Below are positions 40,098 through 53,789 of a stretch of 64,000 nt of DNA, one piece after another. A program made the position numbers and the translations under genes. Every line of letters starts with the position of its first letter. Positions within the stretch are counted from its first letter, which is position 1. Source of the stretch: Octopus sinensis (lineage: Eukaryota). The DNA is taken from assembly GCF_006345805.1 (NCBI RefSeq), contig NC_043013.1, positions 18,600,001-18,664,000 of the forward strand. The letters run 5' to 3'. The notes under the pieces are model-generated. The model did not search any database. It had not been told where the DNA came from and saw only the letters and a program-made list of their open reading frames with translations.

Positions 40098-40692
40098 TAC
40101 ACACATACATATATATATGCTTGTGTGTATATACATAGACGTACAGAAACACACACACACACACATATATATTTATAAATACACACATATATATACAAAG
40201 AAAAAAATACATATCCGTATGCTCGATGTACATCAATCTGGTAAATATAGAAACAGAAATATAAATATCTAAAAAAAAAAAAGCAATTTAAATAATAAAC
40301 TATATTGGTATGAAATTGCTATTGAAGTATGAAATTACTTATTTCATAGCGTGTGTGATATCGCTTTTGTGCTATTCCACATTTCAAAATCTTCGGGTTT
40401 TTTTTTATTATATAAGCGTAACACCTTTCATATTTCAATATGATAAATAATATATATATTATAGACACTATACGATGTATTATACTTATTTTATAAAGTA
40501 TTATATTATTGTGGTTCACGTTACATTATTGTATGTTATGCTATTTATATAATATTTCATCTATATTGTTCATGGTATGCTAATGTTTTAAACAAGCGTT
40601 GTCTTAATGCCGAACAAAATTGATGAAAAAACCCAAACCATATCGCACCTTGTTCTAACAGTATTCTGTACACAGTTGATTGATATATAATA

Positions 40693-40733
<41 letters not shown>

Positions 40734-41101
40734 GTATATGTATATAAAATTATAAATTAGGGTATCTACGAGATACCCTAATTTATTATTTTAATAGTTA
40801 TTACCTTTGAAGGTTATTTTTTCCATGCTGGCCACTTGATAAAATCGATATTTTATTTTAAATTAATGATCTTATCCTTATTTATATAAATTTATATACG
40901 TATATATATATACATATAATTTTTTTCTCTCCTTTCTTTTTTCTCTCCTTGTTTCTCTCCTTGTTTTTTTCTGTGTCCGTTTCTGTAGAAGAGCGTAGGC
41001 TAGAAACGTAAAATACTTTTTCTATTCTTGAGCGTTATACTAATTCATCTGTTTGTTTTCTACACCACCTGTCTTCGTCTCTTGTTTTTTTCGTAAACTC
41101 T

Positions 41102-41144
<43 letters not shown>

Positions 41145-41786
41145 TCAATGTCAGCGTGGAAAATAAGAAATAAGACCATTTGGATCATGCCTTGTAGTTT
41201 AGAGTGTGGGATTAATTCTGTGCAATTTTTTTTTCACTTTAAATAGCGTCAAGCACAGGTGTTGCTGGAAAGGAAAAAGAAATGAACATCTTGTATATGC
41301 ATGTATGGCCGAAGCCTAAAAAATCACAAAGAAAGTCGATATTGATATTGAAGTAAATAGCAAAAAGGCTCTGGAATATCGCCCCTACGAAGTTCCTGCA
41401 GTAAATCTACGGATAACAACAGGTAATCGAAACTGTGCCGGTGCTTTACTCATCATCTATCGCAGTGCTTTTCAAACTTTTTGCTGGAGCGGAACCCCAA
41501 GGAAACATTCCACTGGCTCGAGGAACCCCTGTGCAATAATTTAATAGTCTTATGCACACATATCTGCACAGGAGACTTAAAAATTACTGCCGATTTTAGT
41601 AGTTTTGTAACTTCTTGCGGAACCCCTGCACTGTGCTGGCGGAACCCTGGTTGAAAACCACTGATCTATCGATGCAATTGTTGTGATTGATAATATATTC
41701 TCGTATATTCCATCTTCTGTCTTTCATTTGTTATTTACCTAACGATCACCCTGAAACTGACCGTGCTTTACCAGTACGCTACCAGG
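38947..41786. repeat. ~197-bp inverted repeat pair (38947-39143 and 41381-41786); the right arm is interrupted by a hAT MITE
   Basis: After removing 41463-41671 the right arm is the near-exact reverse complement of the left arm. Confidence 0.9.
41463..41663. mobile_element. hAT-superfamily MITE, 201 bp
   Basis: TIRs CAGTGCTTTTCAAAC / GTTGAAAACCACTG; exact 8-bp TSD ATCTATCG at 41455-41462 and 41664-41671; subterminal GGAACCC repeats. Confidence 0.92.
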
Positions 41787-41989
41787 GGTAAATCAGTCGT
41801 TTTATTATTTATTATCCATTGTGTGTGTGTGTGTTGGTGTGTGTGTGTAAGTGTTTGTGTGTGTGCGTGTTGGTGCGCGTGTGTGCATATGTGTGTGTAT
41901 GTGTTTGTGCGTGTGTGTGCGTTTGTGTGCGTATGTGTGTATGTTTGTATAAATCTACAAGACTGTCAGACGTCTTTATATACCATTGG

Positions 41990-42400
41990 TCAGTATGCTG
42001 TTCATTCTTACTTCGATTGTGCCCTTTACCTCCATTTGGGCCATTATTGTATCATCATGTCGCCTTCCCATTGTCTTGCATCTTGAATGGTCACTTCATA
42101 TCTCTTGGACACCACTCGCGGTCAAAGCATGGGTTCACTTATTGTGTGTCATCCTTGTTATATGTCCAGTCCCAGTTCAGTCCCAGCCCAGCTGAACTTG
42201 TGCTTTCAGTATACTGCACTCACACCTCCCACGTCACTCTGTTTTCACATAAGCTCGTTTCGGATATGCTCTCATAGCAACATAGTATGAATCTTTCCAA
42301 GGCCTTCTCCGTCGTAGCCAGTCGCTGAATTTCCTTCTTCGAAGTAATCCACAACCCACTCGCATATAAAAACGCCTTAATATAATATAAATATAACAAA
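41990..42400 (-). mobile_element. RTE-clade LINE, 3' part of ORF, decayed
   Basis: FLYASGLWITSKKEIQRLATTEKALERF, then GHITRMT...REWCPRD, matching the post-RT RTE motifs YxSETW...RL..T.RA.ER and WAGH..R...EW.PR. Confidence 0.7.
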
Positions 42401-43326
42401 AGATAACAAGAAGCTAGAACGGCAACCATGCTGCCTTCTTAGATAGCTTTCTGTTCATTAAATCATTTTAAACGTATTTATCCATAATTTCGTACACATT
42501 TCGAATATTATTATCAGAAACGCAGCACAATCGAACTTAAAGATACGCACTTCACTGATACAATAGTTTTAACAGGGATATTGATATAACTTACGTAGTT
42601 TTTTAAAATTGTATCTGAGTAATCCCTAATCCTTATTCGCTATCATCCTTATAGTTTCTATATATCACGTTATATCCTGTTATAACGTATAACTAATTCT
42701 TATCCTATTATTAAGAAATGATATACCATTTATGTATTTCATATTAATTATCATATAGCAGCCATTTCGCTTTGTATGTTGTCTTACTGTGTCCTCTCGT
42801 ATTATCAGTGTTGTCTATATTCTATTAGTTTTCTCTCTATCGTGAGAGGTATACAGTTATGTCTATCTAGTTGGCTTGATATTCCATCATTCCCCACTTT
42901 TCTCTCTTCTTCCTCAACTGCTGCCCTTACCCCTCCCTCTCTCTCATACTTCATACTCCTCCTGTTTCTTCATTATGTTTCTATTGTTTTCCATTTCAAA
43001 ACCTTAAAAAAAAAGCATTATTTTAAAACAACATTCTGTTATAATCATTTAGAATAGATTAATAAACAAAATAAAATAAAATAAAATAAAATAAATAGAT
43101 AACAAATATAGAAAGGGAGAAGAAAGATGAAGTATAAATGGGGGGGGGGGAGAGGGAGGGAGAATTTGGAAAAGGAAAAATAAAAAGAGAAACACGGGAA
43201 CCGAAATTATAAATTTTGTTATTAATCGTTTTTCTTCCGTTGATTAATTCAAAGCTGAAGGCGAAACAGCAGGGGAGCAGCGGAGAAAGGATAGAGTACA
43301 ACAACAACAGGAACAACAGCAGCAGC

Positions 43327-43376
<50 letters not shown>

Positions 43377-44019
43377 GAACAGCAACAACAACAAATATGG
43401 CAGTAACAATGTCAGCGTTAATAAATACAAGCTTATAAGAATAATAATTGCAACAGCAAAAATAACAATAACAACAATGGCAACAACAACGACACAACAG
43501 TAACAACAACAGCAATTATAATAATGATGATGACGTTTATGATGATGATGATGATGATGATAATAATAATAATAATAATAATAACAGCAATGGTAGAAAA
43601 CTTCACACAGCAATCACAACTGGCAGCAAAGAGGCAGCAGAACATGACTAACAACAACAACAACAGCAACAACAACAAAAACAACAATAGCAGCAGCAGC
43701 AGCAACAACAACAACAACAACAATTGCAACACGACAGCAATAACAGCAACAGTACAATACCAACAAGAACAATATCAACATTAACAACGATAACAGCAAC
43801 ATCAATACGAACAACAACAACAACAAAATAACAATACAGCAGCAACAACAAGAGCACCAATAACAATAACAACAACAAGCCAGTTAAGTTCGCTGGAACC
43901 CATTCATTGTGCAACCGCAAGTTGTTATCATCGCAAGTGTTTAAGGTTAATTAATGGATCTGTGCGTTATTAACTTTAAATCCTGATTTCACTCAAGACT
44001 GTCATCACAAAGAAACGAC

Positions 44020-44056
<37 letters not shown>

Positions 44057-44159
44057 CGACGACAGCCACAACAACAACTGTCGCAGTAACCAAGATAACA
44101 AGAGCAGGCACAGCAGTAATGGCGGCAATAACAACGGCGACAACACGGACAATCACAAC

Positions 44160-44375
44160 AAGCTACAAGAGGAATTGCAGTGACGATGACGTCATATCTA
44201 ACGTTGAAGATTGTTTTTGACCAACAGGATGAAGGCTTTCTCACTAATGGGATCCAAGCGCGGCAACACTGGTGGAAGAAGTGTGTGGACTGCGAGGGGA
44301 ACAATGTTGAGAAGTAAACCTCATTTGGTCGCCTAGCATGAGAGTATCTTGGCCAGCCTATGAACTTCATGATGA
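44160..44375 (+). mobile_element. Mariner transposase C-terminus and 3' end
   Basis: FDQQDEGFLTNGIQARQHWWKKCVDCEGNNVEK* matches the mariner terminal motif GI..L..RW.KCV...G.YVEK. Confidence 0.85.
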
Positions 44376-44649
44376 ACAATAACAGAAGTAAACAGAAAGA
44401 CTAATATATGAGATCGGCAATAGTCAAAACCTTAAAATGTAGCTAACTTATATATTGTACTGCAGAAAGCTTCATATTTGATTACTTTTGAATATTTATG
44501 TATTTTAAAATTCTATTTTATGAATATGTTGTTGATTATCATAAAAAAGAAATTAATTATTTTGGGAGTAATTAAAGTGAGGTCCAAACTAAGTAATAGT
44601 CTTACTATAGCTGTGTGTCATTGGAACATATAAAGGAACCTGAAATCCA

Positions 44650-44960
44650 ATATTTATTGTGATAGTCCTGTATTATTGCAAAACTTAAATTCATATAATT
44701 GAGGTTGAATATTTGCTGTGATAGTCCTGTATCATTGCAAAACTTAAATTGATATAAGTGAGGTTGAATATTTGCTGTGATAGTCCTGTATTATTGCAAA
44801 TAATGAATGTAACACATTCAATATTTATGATTCTAGTTCTCTATTATTACAAAACTTCAATAAATGTAATTGAAATTAAGGGTTGGTTGTAGTAGCCCTG
44901 TATTAATGAAAAGAGTAAATAAATATAACAGAAATGAAATATTTGCAGCGCAGTAGCAAA
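44650..44960. repeat. ~60-bp minisatellite, 3 good plus 2 degenerate units
   Basis: AATATTT..TGTGATAGTCCTGTATTATTGCAAAACTTAAATT repeated in tandem. Confidence 0.85.
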
Positions 44961-45992
44961 ATTATTAAAGTAAAAATACTGAATTGTTTTTCGTCAAGAT
45001 AACCAATTCTGCTTCCCTCACTATCTTATAGCGTTGAGATTCAAGTAGTTTTGGTGAACTGATTCGTATATTTTTAGCGCAGCTTTTGTTGTTTTCGCAC
45101 GGTGTTTGGTGTGTTTGTTAATGTTTCGTTTATTTGTGAAATAGGAACTATTAAATATTTTAGCTTTGTAGATGAGTCTATACGTATGCGTAAGTCAATG
45201 TGGGCGTCTGTTTGCATACGGATGTGCTTATGTGTATGTTTTTGATGTAATATAAATATTGTCTTAAGAATTCTAGTCTCTTAATATTATAAAAGACGTG
45301 GTGACTGTTTGCGTGTGACGGTGTGTGTATGTGTATATGTGTGTGTGTGTGTGTGTGCATGTGTGTGTTTAAGCGATGGTGTGTATACATGTGGGCGTAT
45401 TTGTGCTGGGAGAGAGATTGTGAGTAAAATAGTATAAGTGAAGGAATTGTTCGCGTATGCGTGAGCAGCCTTTGTCTGAAAATGATCAAAGTTGGTTTTT
45501 GTTTCGGAGTTAGTATAAGCAAGAAAGACAATACATACATAAATACATGCATGCATACATACATACACATCTAAATATGTGTGTGTATATACATGTGTGT
45601 GTGAATACATAGAGTGAGAGTGGGAGTGAGACAGAGAGAACGGAAGAGTATATGTATGTGCAATATGTTGTCTTAACTAAATGTATGTAGAAATGGAAGT
45701 CTACTGCGTATAAAATCACATACATATATAGCTATGCGTGAGCATACACACTCACATAAGTGTGAATAATTGAGTTTCTATTGTATTATATAGATAAATG
45801 ACTTAAGGCACGTATGTATTTATATGTATGTATATATTTAAGTATGAGTGCGTGTGTCTGTGCGTATATGCATACATATATAATGTATATATTATATATA
45901 TATATATATTTATATTACATCAAAAACATACATACACACACACACATATATATATATATACATATATATTATACATATATAATGTATATATA

Positions 45993-46045
<53 letters not shown>

Positions 46046-46196
46046 ATGTATATTTGCGTGTGTAAAGGTCTATTAATATTCATGTGATCTGATAAAGCTG
46101 GATGAATATTTTAGACATTTTAATATCCAATTATGAATGGATATTTTAAGTAGTTAGATATATATAGAAATATACATACATACATACATACATACA

Positions 46197-46232
<36 letters not shown>

Positions 46233-46235
46233 TGT

Positions 46236-46315
<80 letters not shown>

Positions 46316-48041
46316 TCATAAGGAAATCAATCGAAGAAGTGTACGGGGAAGGCTAGTTACAACAAAACTCCATCATTGTAATTTAGATAAAAATAACAGT
46401 ACAAAGACATATGCTGAACTGTAGGAAACTCTTTCATATTTTTGATCTTCCACTTAAAGACAGAAATTATAGACGGAGAGTTGTCTGGTAACATTCTTTT
46501 ACTGGAAGTACCCAATCTACTAGACTTAAACGCTATGTAACACAATCGCATGAGTCAATCTTAGCGGACAGAAGTGTAAATTTCTTATCTGGGCAGAAAA
46601 GTCGAAGATTCGAAGCTAATGTCTTAAACCTTCTTTTCACTGATTTTGAATATGTAGCTAGATTTAGTAAATATTTTGGTTCATGATCATGAAAGTCCTC
46701 ACTATACAATAATACTATAATATTGGAAATGTGTAGAGTCTGATGAGTGTTAATTCCCATGAGATAAACATAGATTACGCTGGTTTCTTTTGATTGACAC
46801 TTCGTCAGCAGATTTAGAAAGAAACGAAAAAGCATGACCAAGCGGTGCATATGTTTGCTATCAGCTGTACTGCTTCAACAAGACATTTACAATTCTTGAA
46901 AAAGAGTTTGGCAATGTGTCTGCCTCGAAATTATTATTTTATTTTTAAAGACTGCTCTAAAGGGGAGATTGCTGTAAACTTTCCCAGGAAACACAAATTA
47001 TAGCTACGGAAACCATTATTTAAATATTTGTGTCTTGAAGCTTGCATAGTATATTCTTTGTCGCTCGATTTCAAAATATCTTTTTACAGTTGCTTTGTGT
47101 CACTCACGGGACGAAAATGGAATGAACAGTTTTTGCTGGTGCAACGCTACTCAACGTTTTTCTCTGACATTTGACCTTTATTTCTGCATGTATACTTTTA
47201 TTCTTTTATGTATGTATTTTTTTATTCTTTTACTTGTTTGTATTCTTTTATTCTTTTAGCTTTTTTTGTATGTATTGTTTTATTCTTTTCTGTATATATT
47301 GTTTTATTCTTTTATTTGCTTCACTCATTAAAAAAAATGAACGTACTTCCATAGTGAGACTCGAACTTATGATCGTCAGATTGCAATATTTTTGTATTGG
47401 GACTCTTAATAACTGTTTTGCTGCCCTGGTTTTTAGTCTGCAAGCAATTGTATGTTTTCTAGATATAACTACCTTTACGACATGGCCTCTTCCATGACAC
47501 CATTGTCTATATAACGTTGCGGATCTTAAAACCTCGTCTGTACTACCAGACCTCATAAATTAATTATTCCTCTGATGTTACTGCTATTACATCCTAACTC
47601 TATGAATTAACTAGCTGTCATTTGATCCTTTGTCCATATGACAATATGACATAGTTGCCCTTGCGTCGGAAATGTCCGTGTGACCTAACAGTACATACAA
47701 CTGACCCGTTATTTCCTAATTGCCCTTATAATTTAAGTATTATCGAGATATAACTGTCCTTATATCTTTACTCTCTTCTGACCTAACAGTCCTTACACAC
47801 TATCTGAAAGACCTAACTGTCACTAGACTCTGATTGTAGTGATTGAACTGCCTTTTATCGCAAGAATTTCTCTTAGATATTGCAGGAAGCAAATGAAATC
47901 TATATTTTGCAATTATTGAACATGTTAATAATGCTACTAATTTTAGGTTAATTACAGCTTCCAAATATTTAATTAAGAATAATTATTAAAAATTTGATTT
48001 TCAGATATATCTGTTATTTTCCTCGTTTCTATTTGATATAT

Positions 48042-48092
<51 letters not shown>

Positions 48093-48202
48093 AAAAAAGG
48101 TTTGAAAATGCAATTTAAACGATGTTTATTTACTTAACCGGTTTCACTCTTTGGTAAAAGATTGTCAAAAGTTACATTTAAGGAAACATTGAATAATATG
48201 GG

Positions 48203-48335
48203 TTCAAAAAAAGTTTTTACATAATTGTCACATTGAATATATGCATTCAAAAAAGTTTTTACATAATTGTCACATTGGATATTATGAATTCAAAAATGTT
48301 TTTTTATACATAATTGTCACATTACATGTATAAAT
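48203..48335. repeat. ~41-bp minisatellite, 3 units
   Basis: TTCAAAAAAGTTTTTACATAATTGTCACATTG repeated. Confidence 0.85.
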
Positions 48336-48616
48336 ATAGTGTTTGGTAACAGAGAGTTCAATAGTGTGATGAGAATATTTGGGAAAATTTGGCAGAAAAG
48401 GATAAAACAAATATATTATTGGGAATTGGTTGCGTTAATTATTGGTTGTCGCAAATTGTCACATTACATGTATATATATACAATCTTTGGTATATATATA
48501 CAGCCTTTTGACAGCAAAAATTAAAATGGATTTTTTATACATCTCAGAATATTTTAAGTACAAGGCGAGAATATGTTTTTACTGACCTGTCGGTATTAGC
48601 AGAAAGGCTGCTGCTG

Positions 48617-48668
<52 letters not shown>

Positions 48669-48749
48669 AATAATGATGATAATATCAATAATAATAACAG
48701 AGAAGAAAAAGGAGTAGGAGAAGAAGAAGATGATGGTATTAGAGAATGG

Positions 48750-49545
48750 TTTCGATTTTTGGTACAAGGTGAGCAATTTGGTGGGAAGTTGTTATTGAGC
48801 GCGAAATGATGAAAGGCAAATTCGATCTCGGCAGGAATTTAACTCAGAACTCAAAGATGCACAGATAACTCAATGAAGTTTGTTCGACGCGCTAACGGTT
48901 TCACCAGACCATCAATAATAATAATGATGACATAGGCACCAGGCTAGCAATGTTTGATGGGTGGGGTTAAGTCGTTTCTTGTGATTTTCTTCACAAGCCG
49001 TTGATACATCGTGTGCTTAACATTTAGCTGAGCAGTTATGGAATATTCTGAAATTCCAGCAGCTACTATTAACATAGTTCTTTCCATGCTAATCGATAAC
49101 GGTAATAGTAATGTCCCAACTAGTACTGTTATTATTATTACAATTATTAAAAGAATTACCATAACATTCTTTGGTATATTTTGGAATTTTGTCTTCCTTA
49201 AATCATCTTCAGCATAATTAGTTTTCTTGTTGGTACCAAATAATTTCAGTAAATACATACATACATCCATATCTATATCTACACACACATGCACACACAC
49301 ACACGCTCACACGTGTGTATTTGTATGAATGTATGTGTGTAGGTATAAATAAAATGGTGAACTGGCAGAAACAAAATGCTTCGCAGCATTTCGTAGTCTT
49401 TACGCTCTGAGTGCCAATTCCGCAGAAGTCGACGTTGTCTTTCATCTTTCGGGGTTAATGAAATAAGTATTGGGGTCAATGTAACTAACCAGCCCTACTC
49501 CCCTAAAAACTTTCAGGCCTTCTGCCTGTAGTACAAAGGACTATA
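48750..49545. mobile_element. Oppositely oriented SINE pair (minus 48750-48905, plus 49361-49545; 7635 family)
   Basis: GATGAAAGGCAAATTCGATCTCGGCAGGAATTTAACTCAGAAC versus CTCTGAGTGCCAATTCCGCAGAAGTCGAC...TTTCATCTTTCGGGG. Confidence 0.7.
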
Positions 49546-50332
49546 TGCACATAAATTCTTCTTTCTTTAATTTTCATAACGCGGTTTCCCCTTTACTGTT
49601 TCTAAATATTCTTTTAGTTTTACACTTGTTATCTTATAATAGTATTTTGATTTATCCAAATCCTTCTCCTCGCCATACGACTTAAATACATTCCATCTAT
49701 ATCAATTTTTAGTGGGTTGTGGCTTCGGAATGTCAATTTTTACCTGTTGTTTTCTTATTCTATTTTTTGTTTTGTCTAAGTTCTTCAATTAACTTACTCT
49801 TTATTATTTCAACGCAATAAATTTATTGCTGGGAAACACAACATATTTATAATATTGTCTTATTTCTTGCATTCAGTTCAATATTTAATATTAAATCTGA
49901 CTCTTCTTTCTTTAGTTTTATCGTCTGATATTTATAAAGGTTTCAGGAATAATTCTCTGATTTTGGTGTCTCTGGTTAATTTAATGTGCTCATTGATCAG
50001 TGTTCATACTTAATTCGACTCATCGCAGAAAAGATCCGGCAGATTTATCTCATTTGATATATTTTATATCTTTCTTTGTCTTCACAGATTTTAAGAACAA
50101 TTTTTAGAGAAGGCACACAAGTGATTTGTTTTCTACTAATCGAATTTTAAAAATATTTTTTCAATGTTAACACTTTCCTGGTCTGTTGAGATACGTGCTT
50201 ACATTGTGTTTTGTTATTATTGTTATTGATATTATCACGAAGGAAGTAATGTATAAGAAAGATGTCTCGTAGATGAAGAAAAATGTTGAGGAAAAATATA
50301 AATAATGACAATGTACCCGCACATTCAAACTC

Positions 50333-50396
<64 letters not shown>

Positions 50397-50435
50397 CAAA
50401 TTGAGATAGGGTTTGTAAATGCAACCCTCCATAGA

Positions 50436-50472
<37 letters not shown>

Positions 50473-50546
50473 CGTTTGTGTGTATGCGCAGTCGTATGTG
50501 CATATTTGTATGTATATATATATGTGGGTTTGTGTAAATTTATATG

Positions 50547-50586
<40 letters not shown>

Positions 50587-50929
50587 CGTGTGTATAAATA
50601 TACATACATGCACAAATTTATATACGTGTAGAAGCACTTAGAAAGTGTATCATTAAGAACGATGAGAGCTCAAACGAAGGCGACATGATATAATCACACG
50701 AACTATTTCTTTGACGTCGTTAATTAGATATAATCTAGGAAGTAACAAAAATAACAAAAAACCCATAGAGAATAAATATATACAAATTTATATATAAATA
50801 TTATAATATATATGTAAATACATACATCTTATAAAAATAATGTAATATGCATGCATATATACATACTTATGTAAACATATATATATACACACACACATAC
50901 ATATAGATATATACACACATACATACATA

Positions 50930-50973
<44 letters not shown>

Positions 50974-51867
50974 CATATGCATACACTCACACTCACATAC
51001 ATATATATACATATACATATACATAAACACACACACATATATATGTATGCATAAATACACTTATAGATGTATAGACGTACATACATATACTTATATATAA
51101 AGAAAAACGTGGAGAGAAAGTAATATATAAACACTTGTAGACAAACAAATACATGAAAACTATAAATGTTCTTTAAACAGACATATATCCGTTTAATAAT
51201 TTTTTGATGTGTATTCGTTTTTCGTTGTTCAATGTTTTTTTAAATTCTTTTTCTATAAATTCGCTTACAATTCACTATTTGTTATGTGCGCAATATCTAA
51301 TCGAAGTGATATTTCTCACGTATTGGATAACAAATATTAAAACACACTAATAAACTCAAAAGCAAAATCACCCAAAATATCTGATAAATAATACAGAAAA
51401 CTCGACATTAACAGAAAAGAAAAAATAAAGGAGGAAAATCTAACATCGTAATTCCTAAATATATTACGTCTAATCTTGAATTTGCTTTCATTCGCCTCCA
51501 AATTCCACCTGTGGAATTGACAAGATTATGGTAGGGATGTATAAAAATGGAGTTGTATATGTTTAATAATTAGCAGAATCACGCATCATTTATCGAGAGA
51601 ATCAATACAGAATGCTTCGATGTGTCGCCATTTTGTAACATTTTTAACACAGAAAACACTGTCAGCCTTCAAACACACGGCCATTGCCACAGCAGCTAAT
51701 ATGCTCAAATATGTTCAAATGTTATTCACCTCTTATCAAACACGTGCGTATATATACATATACATATACACATACATATATATGTACATTCATAAATATA
51801 AATATTAATATATATATAAATAATATGCATGCATATATGTAGAAATATGTACATACGTTTACACATA

Positions 51868-51916
<49 letters not shown>

Positions 51917-51919
51917 CAA

Positions 51920-51962
<43 letters not shown>

Positions 51963-52100
51963 TGAATATGTGTGATGTGTAAGCTTATCAGCTTGTTAAC
52001 TCTAGGTTTGCAAACATAATTCAAACGTCCTCCGGGGACATATTTGACATAAAACCGTTCACATAGACAAACACATTCATACATACCTACTCAAATACAC

Positions 52101-52131
<31 letters not shown>

Positions 52132-52423
52132 ACACACACACACACATACGTAAGGTTTGCTAACTTATATTGAACATCCTTCGGGTCATATTTGAGATAA
52201 AGCCATTCACAAACACAAGCTTACCTAAGTACATTCATACATACTTAGTACCATTTCCATCATGCCACATACACATACATCCGTTCACACACAGACTCAC
52301 GCACACACAAAGACGTTTATGCAAAATGGCTACGAACTCATTTAAAGAAGACATCTTCCCTCTGAGATTAAAAACAGACATTTATGATTCTCCTCCGGCA
52401 CTGGATTGCCATAAAACTCTGTA

Positions 52424-52505
<82 letters not shown>

Positions 52506-52854
52506 ATATATATATATTATATATTTGTATATTATATATTATGTATATAACTATATATATATATATTATATATATATAATATATATATATACATATACAT
52601 ATACATATATATATATTCACGCATAAATTTTTTAAATATTTGTGTGTGCCAGGACGTATACGTGTATATGTGTGCATGTATGGTCAACTGGCTCAAAAAT
52701 TGGAATAAATGGAAAGAAAACGCATAATCGTAAAAGACATCATCGCCATTTTAAATATACCTACAACGAAAAAGCAACAAGAACATAACTTACAGCGAAA
52801 TCTAGAAATATCTGCACACATTCGCACAAACACACGCAGAATATATATATATAA

Positions 52855-52905
<51 letters not shown>

Positions 52906-53119
52906 GAATATAAACAAGAAGGGTAGTAATATTATTTACTACCAGGTGCCCAGCACAAAAGACGAATTAGTCATAAGACAAAAATATTATTCATATAGAA
53001 AAATATTATCATGTAGTTATACAATTAAGGGCTCCTAAATAAAGATGCCGAGTGCTGGGAACACAAAAAGGGGATGAATTTATCGAGAGTGAAAATCAAA
53101 AACGTTTACCGATAACTTT

Positions 53120-53201
53120 AACAACTCGTACCGCGGTTTCTGCTTCTTTCTAGCAAAACACAGAATATGTTTGCTAAGGCCAGCTTCATCAGCGAGTCGC
53201 C
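53120..53201 (-). ncRNA. Type I hammerhead ribozyme motif (left arm copy)
   Basis: Reverse complement of 53459-53538, with two small indels confined to stem II. Confidence 0.6.
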
Positions 53202-53458
53202 TGAATTTAATCGAGGTCTGCAGCGATGTGGGACTATGTGTTAAACCCGACTACTAGCAGATCTTAACTTTTCAAAGTAAATAATATTACTACCCTTCTT
53301 GTTTATATTCGCATACTACATGATGAATTTATTCGTAAAATTCTTCCCGGCATGCCCGTGTAAATTTTGCGTCTGCGCAGAGATTTGAAAAGTTAAGATC
53401 TGCTAGTAGTCGGGTTTAACACATAGTCCCACATCGCTGCAGACCTCGATTAAATTTA

Positions 53459-53538
53459 GGCGACTCGCTGATGAAGCTGGCCTTAGCAAACATTTCTGTG
53501 TTTTGCTAGAAGAAGCAGAAACCGCGGTACGAGTTGTT
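53459..53538 (+). ncRNA. Type I hammerhead ribozyme motif (right arm copy)
   Basis: Stem I GGCGACTCG/CGAGTTGTT, CTGATGA at 53468-53474, stem II including TAGCAAA/TTTGCTA, GAAA at 53518-53521, palindrome ACCGCGGT, GUA triplet (cleavage after 53529). A-A apposition at the stem II base is non-canonical. Confidence 0.62.
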
Positions 53539-53617
53539 AAAGTTATCGGTAAACGTTTGGATTTCACTCTCGATAAATTCATCCCCTTTATTTAGGAGCC
53601 CTTAATTGTATATATAA

Positions 53618-53715
<98 letters not shown>

Positions 53716-53724
53716 AATAAATAT

Positions 53725-53789
<65 letters not shown>

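Larger units (their letters stand above)
53018..53612. mobile_element. Fold-back element: arms 53018-53276 and 53384-53612 with 107-bp spacer; each arm carries a hammerhead motif
   Basis: The arms are near-identical reverse complements apart from a ~26-bp indel flanked by AAAG microhomology. Confidence 0.92.

Noticed and set aside
46357-46850. 105-aa and 64-aa minus-strand ORFs in unique sequence
   Set aside because: No recognisable motif or convincing splice boundaries; open frames on both strands; not distinguishable from chance.
44650-48335. CRISPR-like array
   Set aside because: Tandem minisatellites without unique spacers in a eukaryotic context; no cas genes.
53018-53612. Simple Tc1/mariner MITE interpretation (TA flanks)
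   Set aside because: The arms carry hammerhead motifs and the spacer is templated from the flank. TA flanks are uninformative next to (TA)n arrays, so a PLE/retrozyme origin is preferred, though not proven.
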